Source: an uncultured Oscillospiraceae bacterium (GTDB lineage Bacteria; Bacillota; Clostridia; Oscillospirales; Oscillospiraceae). From it: a DNA stretch of 40,708 nucleotides. A program made the translations under genes and the position numbers. Below the pieces are notes generated by a model. That model had not been told where the DNA came from. It searched no databases and saw only the letters and a program-made list of their open reading frames with translations. This document shows positions 8,668 to 19,196 of the stretch, piece by piece. Location: the NCBI GenBank assembly GCA_905233785.1, contig CAJOCV010000049.1, positions 1-40,708 on the forward strand. Reading direction: 5' to 3'. Position 1 is the first letter of the stretch, and each line of letters begins with the position of its first letter.

Positions 8668-8696
8668 ATTATATACCAAGTTTTCGCTCAGTGCAA
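8668..8696 (-). promoter_or_regulatory. sigma-A-type promoter for the tRNA-Pro gene, now pointing into the element
   Basis: Minus strand reads TTGCAC (8696-8691), a 17-nt spacer and TATAAT (8673-8668), about 75 nt upstream of the tRNA 5' end. Confidence 0.55.
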
Positions 8697-8777
8697 GAGA
8701 TTTCTGGCTGTCGCTGCAAGCCCTATGCGCGCGCTGTAATTTTTCGGGCATACATACTTTTTTTATTCACAAAGCTG

Positions 8778-8786
8778 TGCTATACT
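8778..8786 (+). promoter_or_regulatory. possible extended -10 (TGcTATACT) for secA
   Basis: TGCTATACT lies 33 nt upstream of the secA ATG. There is no good -35, so this is weak. Confidence 0.3.
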
Positions 8787-8818
8787 CTAATCTGCATCAC
8801 TGTAAAAAGGAGTATACC

Positions 8819-11590
<2,772 letters not shown>

Positions 11591-11596
11591 TAAAAA

Positions 11597-12298
11597 ATGG
11601 AGTCGCTGAAACAGTACATTTATCTCGATGAAGGCGGAATAGACAGCTTATATGCACAGATTGCAGAAGAAATAGTAGTCGAACGGGAATTTGAAGTTGA
11701 AAAACATTCTGCTGGCGAGGCAAAAGGAACTTTTTCTGCAAAACTGAATGAGCTGTTAGATACAGGCATCAGTCTATCGGGGGAGGGGGGGACAGCAAAT
11801 ACTACTCGCGTAAAAACCACATTTCCCATGGAAAAAAAGCTGATGCTTATTCAACTCTATGTCAAGGAAAATGAAAACCTGATTGAGCATTACGGAGACA
11901 TTTCGAGGAAATACAAATCAAACAGCCAGAATTTCGTTCTATTAACAGATAAATTTGATACCAGTCTTGATTGCCGGGATTGGTCGAATGCCATGCGACA
12001 GATTGCTCAATTCGAGTATATTCCATTCTATAAAGCTCCTTCTGAGAAGGCAGACAGCTATGAATATGATGATTCGTATTATAAAACCATGTCAATGTAT
12101 CACACAAAAGTGACCATGAATCTTGGTGTGCAGAAGATGCGGGATGGTTATTTTCACAGTTTTGGAATGACATCGCACATGGCAGTATTGTTTCGTATAT
12201 GCCGCGGGGAGAATATTCCGTTAGGAGTTTTTGGCCATCTTTATAAATTAACGGAAGATATATTCCAGATTAAACCTTATGCTGTATGGCGGGTATGA
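11597..12298 (+). CDS. orphan hypothetical protein (233 aa), AT-rich
   Basis: ORF-track ORF starting 6 nt after the secA TGATAA double stop. Its composition contrasts strongly with both neighbours. No motif recognised. Confidence 0.65.
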   Translation: MESLKQYIYLDEGGIDSLYAQIAEEIVVEREFEVEKHSAGEAKGTFSAKLNELLDTGISLSGEGGTANTTRVKTTFPMEKKLMLIQLYVKENENLIEHYGDISRKYKSNSQNFVLLTDKFDTSLDCRDWSNAMRQIAQFEYIPFYKAPSEKADSYEYDDSYYKTMSMYHTKVTMNLGVQKMRDGYFHSFGMTSHMAVLFRICRGENIPLGVFGHLYKLTEDIFQIKPYAVWRV

Positions 12299-12336
12299 CG
12301 AGTACAGAAATTTGAGATCAAAGCAAGAAATAGAAT

Positions 12337-13128
12337 ATGGCATTTATTGAACACAACGAAAACGGCCTGATCTATACGGCCTCCGACATCCTCCCCTTCC
12401 GGCACGCCTTCACGACGCGCTTCGGCGGCGTGAGCACGGGGCATCTCGCCTCGCTCAATCTTTTGAGCGACAAGGGGGACGCGCCCGAAAACGTGCGGGA
12501 AAACTACCGCCGCGTCGCCGCGCTCTTCGGCGTGGGGGAGGACGACTGCGCCGTGACCAGGCAGGTGCACGGGAATACCGTGCGCATCGTCACGAAGGCG
12601 GACAGACACGCCTGCTTAACAAAGGTTCCCTATGAGGCCGACGGCATCGTGACGGCGGAGCGCGGCCTGCCCATCTTCTGCTTCACCGCCGACTGCGTGC
12701 CGGTGCTGCTCTGCGACGCGGAAAACCGCGTTGTCGGCGCGGTGCACTGCGGCTGGCGCAGCTCGGTGGGGGACATCCTCGGCAACGCCCTTCGGCAGAT
12801 GGCCTCTCTCGGCGCAAAGCCGGAGAGCATCCGCGCCGCCATCGGCCCGGCCATCGGCAAATGCTGCTTTGAGACGGACGACGACGTGCCGGAGGCCGTG
12901 AGCGCGTGGCTTCACGGCGACACGGCGGGGCTGTTTCAAAAGCGCAGCGACGGCAAGACGCTTGTCGATCTGCGCGGCGCCAACGCGAGAAGGCTCACGC
13001 AGCTCGGCGTCGGCGCGGAGCGGATCGACATCTCCGAGGAGTGCACCTTTTGCAGCCATGACAAATACTGGTCGCACCGCTACACCAGGGGCAAACGCGG
13101 CGGCCAGGCGGCGGTGATCTGCCTGTAG
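12337..13128 (+). CDS. pgeF: peptidoglycan editing factor PgeF / YfiH (DUF152, laccase-domain) family
   Basis: HGNTVRIV, ADGIVT, FTADCVPVLL and AVHCGWRS motifs are typical of the YfiH/Cu-oxidase_4 family. Confidence 0.85.
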   Translation: MAFIEHNENGLIYTASDILPFRHAFTTRFGGVSTGHLASLNLLSDKGDAPENVRENYRRVAALFGVGEDDCAVTRQVHGNTVRIVTKADRHACLTKVPYEADGIVTAERGLPIFCFTADCVPVLLCDAENRVVGAVHCGWRSSVGDILGNALRQMASLGAKPESIRAAIGPAIGKCCFETDDDVPEAVSAWLHGDTAGLFQKRSDGKTLVDLRGANARRLTQLGVGAERIDISEECTFCSHDKYWSHRYTRGKRGGQAAVICL

Positions 13129-13194
13129 GGACGAGCATCGCTCGTCCGCTTTCGGCGCGTCGGCAATCTGCGGACGAGCAATGCTCGTCCCTAC
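13125..13194. repeat. nested palindrome (two 25-nt inverted arms, each itself a hairpin)
   Basis: GTAGGGACGAGCATCGCTCGTCCGC at 13125-13149 and GCGGACGAGCAATGCTCGTCCCTAC at 13170-13194. Each arm contains GGACGAGC-n3/4-GCTCGTCC. Overlaps the pgeF stop codon. Confidence 0.7.
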
Positions 13195-13198
13195 GGAT

Positions 13199-13224
13199 AG
13201 GATGCGGCGCCGTCCATCCTTTTA
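13199..13224 (+). terminator. terminator-like hairpin after pgeF
   Basis: AGGATGCGG-cg-CCG(tc)CATCCT followed by TTTT. Confidence 0.45.
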
Positions 13225-13241
13225 ACAAGAGAGAGTTATCT

Positions 13242-14888
13242 ATGAGAAAGAACGTACGCAGAATCCTCGCGCTGCTGCTGTGCGCGGCGCTGCTGAGTCT
13301 GAGCGCCTGCGGGAGGCGAGAGGACGACGGCGGGGATGTCCCCGACTCCACCGGCGGCACCGAGATCGTCAAGGGCTCCGCGGCGGACAACAAGTTTACG
13401 ATGAACGTGAACCTGCGCTACAGCCGCAACCCCCTCGTTGCGACCAACCGCTCCAACCAACTGATCTGTGACCTCGTGTATGAGAACATGATCGAGCTGA
13501 ACGACAGCTTTGAGCCCATCGAGGGCGCGGGGATCATTACCGAGTGGGAGTGCAGCGACGACGGCAAAAGCTGGACGCTCACCGTCGGGGAGGGACACTA
13601 TTTCCACGACGGCAGTGAGGTGACGCCCCGGGACGTCAGCTATTCCCTCGGCCTCGCCATCAATGCCGACCGCTTTGCGGGACGCTTTTCGAGCTTTCAG
13701 GGCGCGTCCCCCGGCGAGGGCGTGGTGCTGGTCGCCCTCGGCATCGGGGACAGCTCCTTCATCCGTCTTCTGAACATCCCCGTTATCAAGTCCGGCACCT
13801 ACGGCGAGAAGCGCGATTATGGAAACACCCCCATCGGCAGCGGCCCCTATACCTACAATGAGGACGGTACGAAGCTCGTCGCGGCCGAGACTTACCCCGG
13901 CTACGAAGACCTGCCTGTCAAGGAGATCTCCCTGACCGAGTATCAGACCGCCGATGAGATCATCTCCGCCTTTGAAAGCGGGCTCATTGACGTGGTGACG
14001 AACGACCCCTCGAGCTACACAAACCTCGGCTATGCCAGCACGAACGAAATCCACACCTATGCCACCACCAATATGCATTACGTCATGTTCAATGAGGAGA
14101 GCATGCTGGGGCGCTACAGCTATTTCCGTCTCGCGATGCAGCACGCCTTCGACCGGGAGTATCTGGTGGAGCTGCTGCACGGCAACGCCGTCGCGACGCC
14201 CATTCCCATGTACCCGAGCTGCCGGGACTACCCGAGCGGCCTCGCCTCGGGGCTCGACTACAATCTGGAGAGCTGCCGCCGCATCCTCGAGGTCGCCGGT
14301 GTGCGCGATTACGACGAGGACGGGGTGCTGGAGTTTATGAACGGCTCCCCGCAGGAGATCCAGCTCAACATTGCCGTCTGCGCCGACAGCAGCGCCAAGG
14401 CCGGCGTCGTGCGCAAGTTTCAGGAGGATATGGCGAGCCTCGGCCTCACCGTCGCCGTACACGAGATGACCTGGGACAATTACATGAAGGCGCTGGAGGA
14501 GGGCGAGATCGCCATTTCCAACACCGGCACACAGACCGTGCCGCTGGATATGTACTACGGCGAGGTCAAGCTCAGGCCGAACTTCGACCTGACCGAGCTT
14601 CTCCAACCGCGCAGGGAGGAAAACGAGCGTACCAACATCAACTACAGCCGCTCCACCGACCAGGGCATCGTCGGACAGATCGAAAACTATCTCGCGGCCA
14701 ATCCCGCCACCCGATCCGGCGCTTACTATCAGTTCTGCCAGTATCTCACCGGGCAGACCGCCTCACTGATCACCATCGGCTTTGAAAAGCAGCAGATCAT
14801 CACCCGCCGCGGCGTCTGCAAGGGTGTGGAGCCAAACGCGGGCAATCCGCTCTATAACTTTGAAAACTGGACAATCGACCTTGCGTGA
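13242..14888 (+). CDS. ABC transporter substrate-binding lipoprotein, family 5 (peptide/nickel type)
   Basis: Signal peptide with lipobox LSLSAC. ITEWECSDDGKSWTLTVGEGHYFHDGSEVTPRDVSYSL matches the SBP_bac_5 signature region. Confidence 0.85.
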   Translation: MRKNVRRILALLLCAALLSLSACGRREDDGGDVPDSTGGTEIVKGSAADNKFTMNVNLRYSRNPLVATNRSNQLICDLVYENMIELNDSFEPIEGAGIITEWECSDDGKSWTLTVGEGHYFHDGSEVTPRDVSYSLGLAINADRFAGRFSSFQGASPGEGVVLVALGIGDSSFIRLLNIPVIKSGTYGEKRDYGNTPIGSGPYTYNEDGTKLVAAETYPGYEDLPVKEISLTEYQTADEIISAFESGLIDVVTNDPSSYTNLGYASTNEIHTYATTNMHYVMFNEESMLGRYSYFRLAMQHAFDREYLVELLHGNAVATPIPMYPSCRDYPSGLASGLDYNLESCRRILEVAGVRDYDEDGVLEFMNGSPQEIQLNIAVCADSSAKAGVVRKFQEDMASLGLTVAVHEMTWDNYMKALEEGEIAISNTGTQTVPLDMYYGEVKLRPNFDLTELLQPRREENERTNINYSRSTDQGIVGQIENYLAANPATRSGAYYQFCQYLTGQTASLITIGFEKQQIITRRGVCKGVEPNAGNPLYNFENWTIDLA

Positions 14889-15096
14889 TTCCTCAGTCCC
14901 TTTGAAGGGACTGAGGAATCAGAAGGGCACTTGCGCTCATCGCACGAGGCGCTCGGGGGATGCGCCTCGTTTGGTCGGCGCAAGGCCTCGCACAGCTCGG
15001 CTCAGGGTGTTTTTGAGGCGGCAAAGCTGCCTCAAAAACGGATTATCCTTTGTTTTTCGCCATCCGAGGCGAAAAATCAGAGGGGGTTCCCTCTGA
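14887..15096. repeat. composite multi-hairpin intergenic repeat (modules A, C, B)
   Basis: Module A is hairpin GATTCCTCAGTCCC/GGGACTGAGGAATC (14887-14920). Module C (14934-15043) recurs inverted at 31007-31116. Module B (15049-15096) recurs at 29947-29996. Confidence 0.75.
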
Positions 15097-15148
15097 ACTC
15101 CCCCGATTAAAGATGACTTGGAATCAATCTGTGAGAGGAGATAGAATC

Positions 15149-15529
15149 ATGACCGATCGACAGCTCATGTCCATGGCCAAGGAGGCCTCGCTCAACGCCT
15201 ATGTGCCCTATTCCCACTTCCCTGTTGGCGCCGCCCTCGAGTGTGACGACGGTACGGTTTTCACCGGCTGCAACGTGGAAAACGCCGCCCTCGGCAGCAC
15301 CATCTGCGCCGAGCGCACCGCCTGCTGCAAGGCCGTCAGCGAGGGGCAGCGGAAATTCCGCCGCATCGCCATCTACGCCGACAGCGAAAACTGGTGTACC
15401 CCCTGCGGCGCCTGCCGCCAGTTCCTCTCGGAGTTTTCGCCGGAGATGGAGGTGCTCTGCGCCAAGGCGGGCAACCGCTATGTGAGCTATAAGCTCTCCG
15501 AGCTGATGCCGCACACCTTCAATTTCTGA
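15149..15529 (+). CDS. cdd: cytidine deaminase
   Basis: MTDRQLMSMAKEA..., with CAER and PCGACRQ zinc-ligand motifs. GAGAGGAG RBS. The ORF-track start at 15050 lies inside the repeat and is rejected. Confidence 0.9.
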   Translation: MTDRQLMSMAKEASLNAYVPYSHFPVGAALECDDGTVFTGCNVENAALGSTICAERTACCKAVSEGQRKFRRIAIYADSENWCTPCGACRQFLSEFSPEMEVLCAKAGNRYVSYKLSELMPHTFNF

Positions 15530-15789
15530 TGGAGCTGGAGCAGCTTCGCATCTTCGCCGCCGTCGCCCGGGAGCGAAGCTTTACCCGAGGCGGGCGGAAG
15601 CTCTATCTCAGCCATTCCACTGCGAGCCGCGCCGTCTCCGCACTGGAGGAGGAGCTGGGCGTCACGCTCTTAAAGCGCTCCAACCGCGTTCTTGACCTGA
15701 CTCCGGAGGGGGAAAGGCTGCTTCGCGAGGCGGAGGAGATCTTAAACCGCGTGGAGGCGCTGCGGGAAATAGTGGTCAGCGGTCAGTAG
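15529..15789 (+). pseudogene. LysR-family regulator reduced to its N-terminal wHTH domain (86 aa)
   Basis: MELEQLRIFAAVARERSFTRGGRKLYLSHSTASRAVSALEEELGVTLLKRSNR is a LysR HTH. The frame ends (VVSGQ*) inside a heptad repeat, and no effector-binding domain follows. Confidence 0.7.
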
Positions 15790-15922
15790 CCAGTGGTCAG
15801 CAAGAGAAAAACGGATTGCCGCGCCAGCGTACATTCTGGCGTTGCAATCCGTTTCCTATTACTAATCACTATTCACTGACCACTGATCACTGACCACTGA
15901 CCACTGACCACTGTTCACTCCG
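15772..15922. repeat. inverted heptad-repeat structure around a central hairpin
   Basis: Four heptads GTGGTCA/GCGGTCA/GTAGCCA/GTGGTCA at 15772-15799. Central hairpin AAACGGATTGC...GCAATCCGTTT at 15809-15854. Eight heptads with consensus CACTGAC at 15867-15922, which are the reverse complement of the left set. Confidence 0.75.
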
Positions 15923-17195
15923 GATAATACCCCGTGACCTTTTCCAGCCCGTAGTAGTCCGCGACGCTGTAGTTCGGCCAGTCCTCCGCATCGAGGGAGA
16001 GCGTGAAGGCCACGCTGCAGCCCGAGCGGGGAATGTAGCTTTCAAGCCGCACTTCGCGCTCCCCCGCGGCAAGGGCGCTTTGGATCAGCGCCTCGCGCGC
16101 AAGGGACTTTTTATAGATCACCGCGACATCCAACATCCCAAAGGCAAAGCGCGCGAGAAACAGCGCTGCCAGCAGCGCGCAGACCGTCCGCCGCCAGCCC
16201 TTCCCGAAGCAGGGCAGCGCCTGCTCCAGCAGGAGCAGCACGGAGAGCGCCGTGAAAAACACCGTGGTGCAGAAGTGCCGCCCGGTGAAGTAGAGCGCGA
16301 AGGCGTAGGCCGCGAGCGCACCGAGACCCGCCAGCAGCAAAATCACCGCAAGCGTGATGCGTTTTTTATCCCCCTTCGCCCGGATCGCGAGCCAGAGGCA
16401 CAGCCCCCACAGCAGGTACAAGAGCCCCAGCTTTCGCAGCGTCTGCTCTGCGATGGCGCCGAAATTGGCAAAGGCCGCGGCGAGATCCGCGCTGCCGGCG
16501 CGGCCGTTCGTAGCCGGAGCCGTCATGAGGAAGACATAGCCGGCCAGCGCAAGCAGAATGCCCAGAATGCCCTGCCAATCGAGCCTGCGGGTGAGAAGGC
16601 TGAGACAGACGGCGGTAAACAGCATCGCGAGCACGCCGCTCTCCGACCAGGTGCCGGCCACGAAGGCGAGGGCGAAAAACAGCAGGCTCTTCCACCAGGC
16701 GCGTTTTTGCGCAATGCCGAGATAGGCCGCCGTATAGGGCCACAGAAACAGCAGAAACAGGCTCACGCCCCAGGAATAGTTCACCGCGCCCGTGAGCCAG
16801 AGGGAGACCTCCCCGAACGCGGGCTGAAACGTGAAGAGCAGGGACGCGCTCACGATCAGAACCGCAAGCTGCCGCCGATCCTTGAGGTGCCGCGCAAAAA
16901 GCCACAGCAGCAGCACGGCGTTGGCGGCGTTTAAGAGATTAAAAAGCCCCTTCGGGCGGATCAGCAGCGCCTGCACCAGTCCGTGCACCAGCACGCGCCC
17001 ATTGGTGAGCTCGCGGTGCACGCGCATGGAGGGAAAAATTTGCGCAAGGCTCGTGACGCGCGCGTTTGAGCCCCAGGCAAAACAATAGGAAAAATCGTCC
17101 GCCACCATGGGCGAGAGCGCCGTGATCGTCAGCATCCAGCAGAACACCAGCGCGAAAAAGACGGATTCGGCTTTGCGGTCGGACAGGCGGTTCAT
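15915..17195 (-). CDS. polytopic membrane protein, GT-C-like / DUF6056-like (paralog B)
   Basis: Start set at ATG 17195 (MNRLSDRK...), preceded by AAAGGAG. Many TM segments. The first-loop motif SPMVADDFSY and NGRVLVHGLVQ are shared with the upstream paralog. Confidence 0.75.
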   Translation of the reverse strand: MNRLSDRKAESVFFALVFCWMLTITALSPMVADDFSYCFAWGSNARVTSLAQIFPSMRVHRELTNGRVLVHGLVQALLIRPKGLFNLLNAANAVLLLWLFARHLKDRRQLAVLIVSASLLFTFQPAFGEVSLWLTGAVNYSWGVSLFLLFLWPYTAAYLGIAQKRAWWKSLLFFALAFVAGTWSESGVLAMLFTAVCLSLLTRRLDWQGILGILLALAGYVFLMTAPATNGRAGSADLAAAFANFGAIAEQTLRKLGLLYLLWGLCLWLAIRAKGDKKRITLAVILLLAGLGALAAYAFALYFTGRHFCTTVFFTALSVLLLLEQALPCFGKGWRRTVCALLAALFLARFAFGMLDVAVIYKKSLAREALIQSALAAGEREVRLESYIPRSGCSVAFTLSLDAEDWPNYSVADYYGLEKVTGYYPE

Positions 17196-17205
17196 GGCGC
17201 TCCTT

Positions 17206-18687
17206 TCAGTCATTGACATATTCCGTGACCCGGTAGTCGCCGAGCCCGTAGTAGCGGGCGATGTCGCCGGTAAAATAGCTCTCATCCCCCGGCCAGGTGG
17301 CGGGGTATTTGCTGCGCGTGACGACAGGCTCCACAATCACATCCGCGCCGCTTCCCGCGAGGGAGCGGAGATAGGATTCCCGCTGAACGCTCTGATGATG
17401 AACGGCGGCAATATCCGCTGCCGCAAGCGGCGTCAGCAGGAGTGCCAGCGCCGCGAATACGGCGGCAAAGCGCTTGAGATCGGCCTTTTCGCCCTGATCC
17501 CAGAGCCCCGCGAGCAGCAGCGCGTCGGCAAGGCTCGTATAGCAGACAAAGGGGCAGGCCGAGCGGGCGGGGAAGTAGACCGCCACCAGAAAGATGAGCA
17601 CCGAGGCAAGCCCCGCAAGTCCCAGCAGCAGCGCCGCGAGCAGCACGCGCTTGTCCAGCCCCTTCTCCAGCCCCCGCAGCATCAGCAGCGCCCAGAGACA
17701 GAAGGCCGTGAGCAGCAGCAGCGGCGTATCGGACACAAAAGCGCCGACAGAGCCGTCGCGCCGGGCAAACAGGACAAGCGCGATCGCAAGCCCCAGTCCA
17801 AGCGCCGACGATCCGAGACGGCAGCCGAGCGTCCTCTTTCGCAGCAGCAGCCGCACAAAAAGCGCCAGCGTCAGCAGCGCAAGCGCGCCAAGCGCCGTGA
17901 GCGCGGCAGGGGAGAAGCGTTCGGCCAGCCGGACGGCGGCCTTCGTCAGCGTGCTGTCGGACACCTCGCCGCGCCGCCCGCTCCATTCCGAGGGAGCGGA
18001 CATCAGAAACAGAAAGCCGAGACAGGACACGAGAAAGCTTCCCGCCAGAAAGCGGGGGAGCTTCTTTTCCCGAAGCCAGCTCAGCCCCAGAAAGCCGGAG
18101 GCGGCGCAGAGCATCGCGAGCGAGCCGTTTTCCGACCACGCGCCAGCCGCAAAGCCAAGCGGCAGGTACAGGGCGCGCGTCACAGCGTCCATTCTGACTT
18201 CGCGCCCCATGTAGTGGGCAAAGAAGGGGTAGAGAAAGCCGAAGGTGACAAGAATCGTCCAGGAATAGTTGCAGGCTCCCGTGAGCCAGAGAAACACCTG
18301 CCCGAAAGCGGGCAGCAGCACGAAAATCAGCGAAAACAGCAGCACGGCCAGCAGCAGATCCCGCCCGGCCTCGCCCCGGCGCACATACCTGTACAATATA
18401 AAAAAAAGCAGCGTGCCCAGCCCGGCGTTGAGGACGTTGAAGACCGGCCGCGGCCAGAACAGAAAGAGCTGGACAAAAAAATGCGCCAGCACCCGCCCGT
18501 TGGTGTTCTGCCGCAGAGCGATCATGGAGGGGATGATTTCGTCCGGCGCGGTGACGCGCCCCCAGTGCGAGCGGCTGAAGGTAAAGAGAAAATCATCCGC
18601 CGTCATGGGCGTGAGAAAGTTAAAAACCAGCAGCAGCACGAAAATCAAAGCGAAGACGGCGCAGATCCCGACCCGAGCCTTTTTCAT
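17206..18687 (-). CDS. polytopic membrane protein, GT-C-like / DUF6056-like (paralog A)
   Basis: Start set at ATG 18687 (MKKARVG...), preceded by GGAGGTGAGGAA. Motifs TPMTADDFLF and NGRVLAHFFVQ. Its stop lies 10 nt before the start of paralog B. Confidence 0.75.
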   Translation of the reverse strand: MKKARVGICAVFALIFVLLLVFNFLTPMTADDFLFTFSRSHWGRVTAPDEIIPSMIALRQNTNGRVLAHFFVQLFLFWPRPVFNVLNAGLGTLLFFILYRYVRRGEAGRDLLLAVLLFSLIFVLLPAFGQVFLWLTGACNYSWTILVTFGFLYPFFAHYMGREVRMDAVTRALYLPLGFAAGAWSENGSLAMLCAASGFLGLSWLREKKLPRFLAGSFLVSCLGFLFLMSAPSEWSGRRGEVSDSTLTKAAVRLAERFSPAALTALGALALLTLALFVRLLLRKRTLGCRLGSSALGLGLAIALVLFARRDGSVGAFVSDTPLLLLTAFCLWALLMLRGLEKGLDKRVLLAALLLGLAGLASVLIFLVAVYFPARSACPFVCYTSLADALLLAGLWDQGEKADLKRFAAVFAALALLLTPLAAADIAAVHHQSVQRESYLRSLAGSGADVIVEPVVTRSKYPATWPGDESYFTGDIARYYGLGDYRVTEYVND

Positions 18688-18858
18688 TTCCTCACCTCCA
18701 TAGATAAAGGAATAAAAAAATTTTAGCACAAGAGCGCCGAAAAAGCTATAGCTTTCTCTCCAAAACCACCGGAACGACGGAGAGAAACGAAGGCGCTCGC
18801 GCTGTCAGATTGCCTCCGGCATTTGCAGAAAAAAATTACAAAAACAGTGAAATTCCTC

Positions 18859-18887
18859 TTGACATCCTGTTACCGCTCTGTTATATT
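18859..18887 (+). promoter_or_regulatory. near-consensus sigma-A promoter of the S10 operon
   Basis: TTGACA (18859-18864), a 17-nt spacer and TATATT (18882-18887). Confidence 0.7.
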
Positions 18888-19054
18888 ATCAGAGCGCGTG
18901 TGCGAGAGCACGGGCGTATTATGCGAGGAAGCGGGAGATTGCTCGCGGTAGCGAGGTAACTTCCGTGGAGTATGTCCGGTGTCGGCTCCGTGCCGGCACG
19001 CAATCGGGCGGCTGAAACCGATCCTGTATTCGCGTATATCGCGTGTGCGGAGGA

Positions 19055-19083
19055 AAGCCGGTCACCTTGGCCGGTTTGTTTTT
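19055..19083 (+). terminator. terminator-like attenuator hairpin inside the rpsJ leader
   Basis: AAGCCGGTC-accTT-GGCCGGTTT, about 9 bp including G-U pairs, followed by TTTGTTTTT. It lies about 115 nt upstream of the rpsJ ATG within a ~300-nt leader. Confidence 0.45.
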
Positions 19084-19196
19084 CGGACGCGGCCTGATAC
19101 GCACGGTTGCGTGTACAGGAATTTCCCGGTTTCATCCGTACGCATAAGAGCGGTCCCAATGCCGCGAAGAAAACGTACGAAAAGGAGAAAACCCAA

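Noticed and set aside
13236-14606. 456-aa minus-strand ORF antisense to the ABC substrate-binding gene
   Set aside because: Same shadow-ORF pattern. The plus-strand product has a lipobox and SBP family-5 signature.
15867-15922. Possible CRISPR array or other spaced-repeat locus
   Set aside because: The units are contiguous 7-nt tandem repeats without spacers, and there is no cas context.
17196-17336. 131-nt overlap between the two GT-C-like genes implied by the ORF track
   Set aside because: The upstream extension (MWSLSSRAANTPPPG...) is non-membrane low-complexity sequence. ATG 17195 has an AAAGGAG RBS and gives an N-terminus parallel to the paralog.
16080-18726. Plus-strand ORFs of 284 and 539 aa rich in R/Q/E/K/P, opposite the GT-C-like genes
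   Set aside because: The translations are highly biased and low-complexity, with no RBS. The minus-strand products are coherent polytopic membrane paralogs.
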